DNA of 63,751 nucleotides, the filler included, from Octopus bimaculoides (lineage: Eukaryota): assembly GCF_001194135.2 (NCBI RefSeq). It is 7 parts of 7 records of this genome, joined end to end, with 100 filler letters (N's around TTAATTAATTAA, not from the genome) between each part and the next. Parts side by side here need not be neighbours in the genome. Positions count along the whole stretch, not along the records: positions 52,113 to 62,593 come from NC_069002.1; positions 62,694 to 63,751 come from NW_026347072.1; 5 more parts are not named here. The stretch is one strand, 5' to 3'. Below the pieces are notes generated by a model that saw only the letters and a list, made by a program, of their open reading frames with translations, was not told where the DNA came from and ran no database searches. Below, piece after piece: positions 53,777 to 63,712 of this stretch (positions within the stretch are counted from its first letter, which is position 1; the number at the start of each line of letters is the position of its first letter). Both the position numbers and the translations under genes were made by a program.

Positions 53777-53880
53777 ATGATGATGATATTGAAAAGCATA
53801 TAAACTCTTATATATTTTAAACTGTTCTCCGAATGAAGAAGGACACCAAAAATATACTTATTTCTATTTTTATTTGCCAG

Positions 53881-54017
53881 GATTGTTTCTCCGAAGAAGG
53901 CAACATTTGATGAAATGGCTGAATTCCACTGTCGGAATTACCTGCAGTTTCTGGAATCTATCAATAAGTTCGATGATGAAGAGAAATACAGTGAAGAAGC
54001 TGAACAATTTGGACTAA
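53881..54017 (+). CDS. HDAC8: HDAC8 exon (equivalent to human exon 3)
   Basis: tttgccag|G IVSPKKATFDEMAEFHCRNYLQFLESINKFDDEEKYSEEAEQFGL A|gtgagt; resembles human [25 protein letters not shown]...EYGL. Confidence 0.9.
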
Positions 54018-54624
54018 GTGAGTCTTCCCCTGCTGCCCACCACTCCCCATTTTTGTTACCCATTGATGTATGAAATGGATATGTTGAGGAGACAACTGGT
54101 CGTCTCATCACCACTGGTTATTTTTCTATCATGCAATGACAAGGCAAGGGAAAAACACATGCACGCACAAACACACTTATACACACACACATCTCATCAT
54201 CATCATCATCATTTAACGTCTGTTGTACATGCTGGCATGGGTTGGATGGTTTGACTGGACCTTTTAAACCAGAGAGCTGCACTGGGTTCCAGTCTGATTT
54301 GGCTTGGTTTCTATGGCTGGATGCCCTTCCTAATGCCAACCATTTTTTGCTAAATAAACACTCGCACTATATATTTGTTCTTCACTCGTTTCTTACTGTT
54401 TTTATTTTAACTCATGTCCGGAAATCTTTAATCACACATCTGCGACACTTTTCGTTTTCATGTGTGCTCTTGCTCCACTTACTCCATCCTCAGTAATAAA
54501 CAAATGAAGAACAAATATATAGTGCGTGTGTGTTTATTTGGCAAAAAAAAAATAACCGACCATCCAGAAATACAACAATATAGTGAAGAGAAAGTTACAT
54601 TGACAACCAGCTAGAGGCGGTGTC

Positions 54625-54965
54625 CCCTTGGAGGCTAAAAAATGGTAGTAATGTCGATATGTGTAAGGATTTTCGAGCGAGATTGTTGCCAGTGCCCCTG
54701 GACTGGCTCTTGTGCGGGTGGCATATAAAATACACCATTTTGAGCGTGGCCGTTGCCAGTACCGCCTGACTGGCCTTCGTGCCGGTGGCACATAAAAGCA
54801 CCCTCTACACTCTCTGAGTGGTTGGCGTTAGGAAGGGCATCCAGCTGTAGAAACTCTGCGAAATCAGATTGGAGCCTGGTGTAGCCATCTGGTTTCACCA
54901 GTCCTCAGTCAAATCGTCCAACCCATGCTTGCATGGAAAGCGGACGTTAAACGATGATGATGATG
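54625..54965 (+). mobile_element. SINE family C (RTE-related segment, GAT tail)
   Basis: Duplicated gttgccagt...ggtggca..taaaa..cacc module, ggttggcgttaggaagggcatccagctgtagaaac segment, and an acgttaaacgatgatgat tail. Confidence 0.85.
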
Positions 54966-55138
54966 AACCATGTTGAAGTGGCAACAAACATTACTTCTTG
55001 GTATAGTTACCACTTTTATTTCTTATAGGAATTTTCCAATTTGCTTGTTGAAAGCTACTTCCCTTTGTGTTAATGGTCGATCAGAAGACATCACACTTGA
55101 TTCTTTTTTTTTTTTTATGCTTCCTTTACACATTGTAG

Positions 55139-55286
55139 GTTATGATTGTCCCACTGAGAAGGGCATCTTCGACTACGTGAGCCACATCGCTGGTAGTACC
55201 ATTGAAGCAGCCCGCTGTCTTGTGGATAAAGAAAACCCTTGCCAAATAGCAATCAACTGGTTTGGAGGTTGGCATCATGCTCACAG
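55139..55286 (+). CDS. HDAC8: HDAC8 exon (equivalent to exon 4; catalytic HH dyad)
   Basis: attgtag|[52 protein letters not shown]|gtgagg. YDCP and INWxGGWHHA are diagnostic. Confidence 0.96.
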
Positions 55287-55699
55287 GTGAGGGTTTTGTC
55301 TTGAATGATCTATTTTATTCACTTCACAGTCATGAGGTGTGGGGTTCAATCCCACAGTATGCCATGGTGTGGGGTTGGTGACAGGAACAAATTCTGTCTG
55401 AGCCATGCTAGCAGAGAAAACTAGGCGTTAAAAAGATGGCATCATTGTAATTCTTGCTACTATTACCACACATTATTTTGCCATCGTCTGCAAAGCATGA
55501 GAGCCTCTTGGTGGTTGTTCTAGCTGCTAGAAATAGCAGCTGCATTTAGCTAAAGTTACACCCTAGCGTTTTTTATGGGAGGAAGAGCATATTGCATAAT
55601 GTATTCTTAGACAACAATGTGTATCAAGAGAGTCATGGCTGGAAATTCTCTGGTCATAGCTTTGCTCAGTCAATGCTGTCTTTCATTTCAAATCTTCTG

Positions 55700-55840
55700 G
55701 GGGCATGTCTGGCCATGAGGAAATATTCCTTTACTCGGAAACAGGTGAGGGTTGAAGACAGGAAGGACATCCAACCATAGAAAATCTGCTTCAACAAATT
55801 CCATCTGACCCATGCAAGCATTGAAAAGAGGACGTTAAAA
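55700..55840 (+). mobile_element. RTE-related SINE variant (family G)
   Basis: ggaaacaggtgagggttg..gacaggaaggacatcc..ccatagaaaatctgc...catgcaagcat.gaaaag.ggacgttaaa. A degenerate reverse copy is at 19055-19175. Confidence 0.6.
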
Positions 55841-55902
55841 CAGTTACGATGATCAGTGATGGTGAGTGATGATGATTGATGATAATGGTGATGGTGATTG
55901 TT

Positions 55903-56073
55903 GATGATGACTGATGACGACTGACAGTGTTGATGGTGATGATGACTGATGACGACTGACAGTGTTGATGACGACTGACAGTGTTGATGATGACTGATGA
56001 CGACTGACAGTGTTGATGATGACTGATGACGACTGACAGTGTTGATGATGACTGATGACGACTGACAGTGTTG
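55903..56073. repeat. 29-bp minisatellite running into a gap
   Basis: Unit gatgatgactgatgacgactgacagtgtt; tgacagtgtt recurs at 55976, 56005, 56034 and 56063. Confidence 0.9.
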
Positions 56074-56868
56074 NNNNNNNNNNNNNNNNNNNNNNNNNNN
56101 NNNNNNNNNNNNNNNNNNNNNNNNNNNNNNNNNNNNNNNNNNNNNNNNNNNNNNNNNNNNNNNNNNNNNNNNNNNNNNNNNNNNNNNNNNNNNNNNNNNN
56201 NNNNNNNNNNNNNNNNNNNNNNNNNNNNNNNNNNNNNNNNNNNNNNNNNNNNNNNNNNNNNNNNNNNNNNNNNNNNNNNNNNNNNNNNNNNNNNNNNNNN
56301 NNNNNNNNNNNNNNNNNNNNNNNNNNNNNNNNNNNNNNNNNNNNNNNNNNNNNNNNNNNNNNNNNNNNNNNNNNNNNNNNNNNNNNNNNNNNNNNNNNNN
56401 NNNNNNNNNNNNNNNNNNNNNNNNNNNNNNNNNNNNNNNNNNNNNNNNNNNNNNNNNNNNNNNNNNNNNNNNNNNNNNNNNNNNNNNNNNNNNNNNNNNN
56501 NNNNNNNNNNNNNNNNNNNNNNNNNNNNNNNNNNNNNNNNNNNNNNNNNNNNNNNNNNNNNNNNNNNNNNNNNNNNNNNNNNNNNNNNNNNNNNNNNNNN
56601 NNNNNNNNAGTTTTTATAGAACGATATCTTAGTGTACTCAATACACTCTATAGAGGTAGAAACGTTTAGTGAAATCAAAGGTTTGCTAACAATAGTCAAA
56701 AACTTTGTTTGCAGCAGGTTTTGAATCACCGCCGCCACTGCCGTATATACACTCGTTATCCATTTTCCATCCGCGATCTCGTTATTTACCTTTGACCTTT
56801 GGCTTTGATTTCTACAGAAAATCTGTAGAGATTACCTTAACGAGTGTTACTATTATTATTTTCCCCAG

Positions 56869-56946
56869 GTGTCGAAGAAGCTTTTGCAGTCACATCAAAA
56901 GTGTTTACCGTGTCTTTCCATAAACTGTTGCCTGGGTTCTTTCCTG
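56869..56946 (+). CDS. HDAC8: HDAC8 exon (equivalent to exon 6, 78 bp)
   Basis: ttccccag|(G)[26 protein letters not shown]|gtgagt. Confidence 0.95.
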
Positions 56947-57572
56947 GTGAGTTTTTTTTTTTTTTGCCACATTCTGGAAATTTAAGGAAAATGGTTTTGT
57001 TTCTTTTTTTCTTTTAGATTTATAATTTTTAATTCGCCTTGTAGTAAGTGTCTTCTAAGGAATAGCATTTAACTGTGGTTGGTCAGCAGTGAGTGGGTCA
57101 TGTGACTGGTCAGTTGTTCTACTCTACTGCTACTACTACTACTACTGCTGGTTCTACTGCCATGGCCATCATGATGACCAGTACCTCCATTACTGCTACA
57201 GCTACCACCACCTCCACCATCGCTGCCACCACCATCGCTGCTACCACCAACACTACTACAACCATTATCACTACTACTACAACCATCATTAACTTAGTAC
57301 CCTGATTTGTCAGGGGGTTCGGTGCACAGTGACAGCATGCTTGCGTGTCTTCCATCGGCACCAACACTTCTGCTGACCCGAGGTGGGTGCTGGCAATGTC
57401 AACTTGGCTATAACTACCTTGTTCAACATGAGAGAAACTGTGGGATCAAAGCAATGGTCTTGGCGGTAGTACTAGGCTGCCTCCAAGTGATAATGGCTGA
57501 ACGCCTCTTAGCTGGAACCATAGACGGAGCTGATTCATTTTCATTTTTCCTTTCTTCTCTCTGACAATCCAG

Positions 57573-57681
57573 GAACTGGCAGCATAGACGACGTAGGTTT
57601 TGGTAAAGGAATTCATCACTGTGTCAATGTTCCGTTGATGGATGGAATAAAAGACGTAGAATTTGTGGCCTTGTTTAAAAG
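57573..57681 (+). CDS. HDAC8: HDAC8 exon (equivalent to exon 7, 109 bp)
   Basis: caatccag|(G)TGSIDDVGFGKGIHHCVNVPLMDGIKDVEFVALFK AG|gtaagg. Confidence 0.95.
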
Positions 57682-57742
57682 GTAAGGATTTTCCAATTGA
57701 ACCAAACATGTATTCTTTTCTCATCATCATCATCATCATCAT

Positions 57743-58015
57743 CGTTTAACGTCCACTTTCCATGCTAGCATGGGTTGGACGAGTTGACTGAGGACTGGTG
57801 AAACTGGAAGGCAACACCAGGCTCCAATCTGATTTGGTAGAGTTTCTATAGCTGGATGCCCTTCCTAACGCCAACCACTCAGAGAGTGTAGAGGGTGCTT
57901 TTACGTGCCACCGGCACGAAGGCCAGTCAGGCGGTACTGGCAACAGCCAAGCTCGAAATGGTGCATTTTATGTGCCACCCACACAAGAGCCAGTCCAGGG
58001 GCACTTTAAAAATGA
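57743..58015 (-). mobile_element. SINE family C
   Basis: Reverse complement is roughly 90% identical by eye to 54690-54960. Confidence 0.88.
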
Positions 58016-58255
58016 AAATATACAAGATGCCAAGACACTGGACTATGATATTGTCCTTGAGTCCATCAGAGCCTGCCGAACTGTCCTGCCCATACCAGCA
58101 TAGAACATGTTCATTAAACGATGATGAGTAGGACGATGATGTTAGCTTAGTATTGGTATAACTGAAGGTGAGTGCTCGTTGGATATATATATATATACCT
58201 CTGCTTGGTTTCATTTTTCTTGTGAAGAATTTCTTTTTGTCTATTATTCTTACAG

Positions 58256-58428
58256 GATAATGTCTGAAGTGATAGATGTTTTTGCACCAGAAGCAATTGT
58301 CTGCCAATGTGGAGCTGACGGAATTGCTGGGGATCCAATGAACTCGTTTAACCTAACCCCACAGAGTTTGATGAGCTGTGTACGTTATTTCACCACACTT
58401 AAAGTTCCTTTGTTGCTTTTGGGCGGAG
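58256..58428 (+). CDS. HDAC8: HDAC8 exon (equivalent to exon 8, 173 bp; Zn ligand Asp)
   Basis: cttacag|(R)IMSEVIDVFAPEAIVCQCGADGIAGDPMNSFNLTPQSLMSCVRYFTTLKVPLLLLGG G|gttagt. The DPM Met is HDAC8-type (DxL in HDAC1-3). Confidence 0.96.
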
Positions 58429-58460
58429 GTTAGTTTCATTTAATCATGATCATGATGATT

Positions 58461-58489
<29 letters not shown>

Positions 58490-58491
<2 letters not shown>

Positions 58492-59000
58492 GGGTAGCGA
58501 GCCAGCAGAATCGTTAGCATGCCGGGCAAAATGCTTAGCAGCATTTTGTCTGTCTTTATGTTTTGAGTTCAAATTCCACTGAAGTCGACATTGCTTTTTA
58601 TCCTTTTGGGGTTGGTAAAATAAGTACCAGTTGAGTACGGTATCAGCTGTTCACTACCAGTGGACTAAGGTAACACCCCTTATTTTTCGAGCACCATTTG
58701 GAATATTCAAGCGGTTCCAAGCAGTGCTGTTTTCTACAAGTGCTCCACCCTTATTGCAGCCCCTATTTGTTCCATGTACTTCTCAAGATTTTTACTCACT
58801 GTTTCCAGGGCTCTGGTGAGGTGGCAAAATTGTTAGCGTGCTGATCTAAATGCACAGCAGCATTGCATCTCCCTCTACGTTCTGAGTTCAAATTATGCTG
58901 AGGTTGTCGATGAAATAAGTGCAACTAGGGCCCTTGGGGTTTATATAACAAACTTACTCCTCCCCACCAAAGTTTCAGGCCTTGTGCCCATAGAAGAAAG
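58490..59000 (+). mobile_element. Two SINE family A copies flanking a REL-LINE end in an HDAC8 intron
   Basis: Heads at about 58490 and 58820; tail aaagtttcaggccttgtgcccatagaagaaaggat. Confidence 0.75.
58641..58813 (-). mobile_element. REL-type LINE extreme 3' end (third family)
   Basis: GALETVSKNLEKYMEQIGAAIRVEHL*KTALLGTA*IFQMVLEK* plus 3' UTR. An internally deleted copy is at about 2700-2790. Confidence 0.7.
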
Positions 59001-59037
59001 GATAATGATGATTGCTTTTTTTTTTAACTAATTGCAG

Positions 59038-59132
59038 GAGGTTATAATTTTTGTAATACATCAAAGACCTGGACTTTGGTTACTGCTGCAGTAATTGGCA
59101 AGAAGCTGTCTCCAAACATACCAGATCATAAG
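59038..59132 (+). CDS. HDAC8: HDAC8 exon (equivalent to exon 9, 95 bp; catalytic Tyr)
   Basis: attgcag|(G)GYNFCNTSKTWTLVTAAVIGKKLSPNIPDHK|gtatta. Confidence 0.95.
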
Positions 59133-59473
59133 GTATTAGTGTTTGAATTTCTCACCTGATTGTCTCATTTCATTGATGTCTTGTGATATGTTGAGTTATT
59201 GATGTTGTGAAGGTGAATGGTCTAGTGGTTACAGCGTTCCACACTGGATTGCAAGATCGTGGTTTCAGTTTCCAGACTGGATAATGCTTGTATTTTCAAT
59301 TAGGCTCTTTTGGTTGTTACTTTGCAGTCTTCATCATAGGTGAGGAGGACAAGTATGGAAACTGAATTAAAGGAAGCAAGTTTTGCTTTTATTTTACCGA
59401 AAACTCTTCTCTTCTGACAATGTGTTTCTTTTTTTTTTTTTTTTCTCTCTCTCTCTCTTTCTCGTAAACTTAG

Positions 59474-59579
59474 TATTACATTACTTATGGACCAAGTTAT
59501 GAACTGACTGTGGATCCAGGAAACAGGAAAGACTTGAATTCTTATGAAAACATCAGAAGCATCTATAAGAAAGTTCTTG
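59474..59579 (+). CDS. HDAC8: HDAC8 exon (equivalent to exon 10, 106 bp)
   Basis: aacttag|YYITYGPSYELTVDPGNRKDLNSYENIRSIYKKVL G|gttagt; resembles human [22 protein letters not shown]. Confidence 0.92.
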
Positions 59580-59869
59580 GTTAGTATTGAAGCTCATTCA
59601 GTCGCTCTTTCACACACTCTCTCATTCATTCTTTGTGGCACCACCACCACCACCACCACCGCCACCACCATCATCATCGTCATCATCATCATCATCATCG
59701 GTGTTGTATCTTCTCTCGCTTCTTGTTACATCTGTGTATGGTCAAAATATTGTGCTTCTTATTGAATTGAGGTATCTTTGTCTGTTTTCTGGAAATCTTT
59801 CCTATCTTTTTTGCGTTGGTATTATTTTGAGGTCTGGAGGTCATGATAGCAGTTTACCAAGCCTAAGAA

Positions 59870-60110
59870 TGCTTGTAACGATTTGACATTTGTTGGGGGG
59901 AGGCATATTCCGATGACAGAACATGAGAAATACTGTAACAGCTGCTGTTCTGTGTGTTCACCATCTGATCCTGGCAGAAATTTTTCTTGTCTGAGAAAAA
60001 CCAAAACATGTTCGGTTGGAGGGGATGCTTGAGTTTGTTCAAAAGCTTCGTAATACGATCTTTCCTCTTGTCCTTGATGGCTTGGGATAAAAATTGGCCC
60101 CTTCCCATCT
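59870..60110 (-). mobile_element. maT/DD37D-like transposase fragment (first catalytic Asp region)
   Basis: KLLNKLKHPLQPNMFWFFSDKKNFCQDQMVNTQN resembles the FFSDEKxF...N.QN motif. Confidence 0.75.
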
Positions 60111-60596
60111 CTTATGAGGAATACTGAATATCTTCATGCACCTACTACACTCTCAGAGTGGTTGGCGTTAGGAAGGGTATCCAGCTGTAGAAACTCTGCC
60201 AAATCAGATTGGAGCCTGGTGTAGCCATCTGATTTCACCAGTCCTCAGTCAAATCGTCCAACCCATGCTAGCATGGGTTGGACNNNNNNNNNNTATATAT
60301 ATAGATAAATAGATAGATAGATAGATAGATAGATGAAACCATTTCATATCAAAATGTTTGCATCAAAAGATTCCATTCTTTTAATTCCTGATCTACTTAA
60401 TTCTCTTTTCCCACTATTTTTTTGTGTGTATATATATCTATGTATGAATATATGTGAACGAATACATGTATATGTGTGTTTGTGTGTATGTATGTGTAAG
60501 GTGCTATGTTTTTATGTGTGTACATCTCTCTATGTGCTTATGTAAGGGTGTGTGTTGGTATGTGTGCATGTTTGTAATAAAACACTCCCTATTTAA

Positions 60597-60765
60597 ACAG
60601 TGAATAACTAACTTCAAAATATCAATTTGAAAACCACTCCTATCAGAGTCACTTCTTGTAAATTTATGAGCATCTAATCATTGAAGTGCAAAAATTATTA
60701 TTTTAAATAATTTTTCTGATAGGAGTGGTTTTCAAATTGATATTTTGAAGTTAGTTATTCACTGT
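60597..60765. repeat. Perfect 51-bp inverted repeat abutting a gap
   Basis: 60597-60647 is the exact reverse complement of 60715-60765. Confidence 0.9.
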
Positions 60766-62367
60766 NNNNNNNNNNNNNNNNNNNNNNNNNNNNNNNNNNN
60801 NNNNNNNNNNNNNNNNNNNNNNNNNNNNNNNNNNNNNNNNNNNNNNNNNNNNNNNNNNNNNNNNNNNNNNNNNNNNNNNNNNNNNNNNNNNNNNNNNNNN
60901 NNNNNNNNNNNNNNNNNNNNNNNNNNNNNNNNNNNNNNNNNNNNNNNNNNNNNNNNNNNNNNNNNNNNNNNNNNNNNNNNNNNNNNNNNNNNNNNNNNNN
61001 NNNNNNNNNNNNNNNNNNNNNNNNNNNNNNNNNNNNNNNNNNNNNNNNNNNNNNNNNNNNNNNNNNNNNNNNNNNNNNNNNNNNNNNNNNNNNNNNNNNN
61101 NNNNNNNNNNNNNNNNNNNNNNNNNNNNNNNNNNNNNNNNNNNNNNNNNNNNNNNNNNNNNNNNNNNNNNNNNNNNNNNNNNNNNNNNNNNNNNNNNNNN
61201 NNNNNNNNNNNNNNNNNNNNNNNNNNNNNNNNNNNNNNNNNNNNNNNNNNNNNNNNNNNNNNNNNNNNNNNNNNNNNNNNNNNNNNNNNNNNNNNNNNNN
61301 NNNNNNNNNNNNNNNNNNNNNNNNNNNNNNNNNNNNNNNNNNNNNNNNNNNNNNNNNNNNNNNNNNNNNNNNNNNNNNNNNNNNNNNNNNNNNNNNNNNN
61401 NNNNNNNNNNNNNNNNNNNNNNNNNNNNNNNNNNNNNNNNNNNNNNNNNNNNNNNNNNNNNNNNNNNNNNNNNNNNNNNNNNNNNNNNNNNNNNNNNNNN
61501 NNNNNNNNNNNNNNNNNNNNNNNNNNNNNNNNNNNNNNNNNNNNNNNNNNNNNCCTGAGCCAGCTGAGAGCGAAATAGAACATTGGTCTCTTAAAAGGAA
61601 GGAGATGAAAGGACCCTGTTGTGGCTGTCTTTATGTTTTAACTGCAGGAATTTGTTAACCACAGAAGCAATGTTGAAATAAGTGTTTTTTGCTGGGGGGT
61701 GGGGGAAGGGGAGGGAAAAGAAAATCTGTTGTTGGTTGCTGCGCCTTTGTGTTTTTCATCTGGTGATTCTCATCGAAATAATGTTAGATGCGTGACTTAC
61801 TATATTGCATTTAAGTATGGAACGTGCAAGGTGTGCAAATGTAATGTATGTATTTTATGTTTGTTTGGATGATGATGATGATGATGATGATGGTGCATGT
61901 GTGTATTTATGTGTGAATGTGCATGTGTGTGTATTTGTATGTGCATCTGTATCTATATGTATGTGTGTGCATGTTTGTCAATGTGCATCTGTACATATGT
62001 GTGTGTATGTGCATATGTATTTGTACATGTGTGTATATAAGTATATGTATGATATAATATATGTACATGTATAAATGTACATAGGTGTGAGAATAACTAC
62101 GCACGTGTATATATTGTGTGTGTGTATGTGCAGTTGCGTATGTAAGATTACTATCTAAACTAAGTGCTTACAAAACCTGATTCTCACTGACTCATACACA
62201 CACACGTAAATAAAACCACTTCTCCACCTGTCCGTCACTAATCTACTATTATATACAAGTTCACATTTACATAATGTAAATTTGAATGCCTGTTATGTGT
62301 GTCGATGTGTGTGTGTGTGTCTGTTTTCATATACGTGTGTATCTTGATATGTGTGTATGTCTATGTT

Positions 62368-62404
<37 letters not shown>

Positions 62405-62696
62405 GTATGTCCCACCCATTCCAGTATGGAAGGTGGACGTTAAATGATGATGATGATGATGATGGTATGTGTGTATGCATATGTATCTCTGTATATATAT
62501 GTGTGTGTGTGTATTGATGGGTGTAAATTCATGTCTTTTAAAATGTTTTCATAATTTACCTTTTAATATTTTTGTTATATCCTTTATATATATNNNNNNN
62601 NNNNNNNNNNNNNNNNNNNNNNNNNNNNNNNNNNNNNTTAATTAATTAANNNNNNNNNNNNNNNNNNNNNNNNNNNNNNNNNNNNNNNNNNNNAAG

Positions 62697-62736
62697 ACTG
62701 TTACTCGGAGTTTCACGTTCCCGTTCATCGGACAGT
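62697..62736 (-). ncRNA. Type I hammerhead-like motif of a second family (U4C core variant)
   Basis: Minus strand: ACUGU CCGAUGA ACG-GGAA-CGU GAA ACU-CCG-AGU A ACAGU. All three stems pair, stem II has a GNRA loop, cleavage triplet GUA. Confidence 0.7.
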
Positions 62737-63370
62737 TTTGTTCTAACTGCTTTTAAATAAAGTATATGTTTAGATAGATAGAAATATAATATATATTTAC
62801 ATATAGACATTTAGCATATGTTCATATGTAAATGTATATCCGATCATAGACATGTATTCTTACGCAGCCAGACACACGCACACTCTCACATGTATATATA
62901 TGTATCTATAGACGTATGCAACAAAACCATGTACTTTATATGGACGTAATATTTTAATTTTAATCAAGATGAAAGTTACAAATAAGTTTCTTACGTTTCC
63001 GTACTTTCGTGCGCAACACGTATCAAAGTTCAATCGCTTTTGAACTTCCTGTAAACCTGTAATACAAGCATTCGAACATCGTCACCATCTTTGCAATTCT
63101 TGCTGTATTTTCGGTCCTCAAAAGTCGTATTGGTATATAAATCGACCCACCTTATTTGGCTGAAAATACTGATGTGAAGTATTCGACTTGTATCCTGGAA
63201 AATACGATGTATCCTAATAAACTATTTTCCATCGAATAGACACGTGAGCATACGAGTCTATTAAAAACTGGCATACACAAACGCGCGCACCCACGCACAC
63301 TCATCCATACCCACAGTTGCTTATTCAGAACGTTAAATGTTTCACTTCGCATAGACTCAGTTTGACTCTA

Positions 63371-63632
63371 CAATCGTGGCCAAAAGTTTGGAACTTTTTT
63401 TACTAAAATTAAAATTATGTCCATGTACGATTCAATTCAAATATATTCAACATGGAGATATACTTACCTCATAATTGATCCGATGGTTCAATATTTAGAA
63501 GTAAAAAACTTTCAGATCTATGTTCCAAACTTTTGGCAAAGTAACAATACATAGCAAATTAAATATAACTTTAGGCATTTCATATAAACATTCTAATATT
63601 CAGACTTATGTTCCAAACTTTTGGCCACAAGT
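63371..63632. mobile_element. Tc1-like MITE with a duplicated right end
   Basis: ta|caatcgtggccaaaagtttggaac pairs with gttccaaacttttggcaaag (about 63521-63541) and gttccaaacttttggccacaag (about 63610-63631). Confidence 0.65.
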
Positions 63633-63712
63633 TTTCTTTGTTGAAAGAAATCCTTGCAAAGAACAGACCATTTGGGAAAATAGTTTAGGCCTACTATATA
63701 TAAAATATATAT

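Noticed and set aside
54680-54805. HDV-like ribozyme in the RTE-related SINE
   Set aside because: The P1-like arms are only 8 nt apart, leaving no room for P2 and P3 in HDV order.
61648-61658. Possible HDAC8 terminal exon (cag|GA ATT TGT TAA)
   Set aside because: It gives GIC*, unlike the expected GNLK-type end; the true exon may lie in the 60766-61553 gap. A GNL-coding string at about 59791 lacks an AG acceptor.
62975-63200. Minus-strand exon candidates with good splice sites
   Set aside because: No frame gives a recognisable protein, so they cannot be supported without transcript data.
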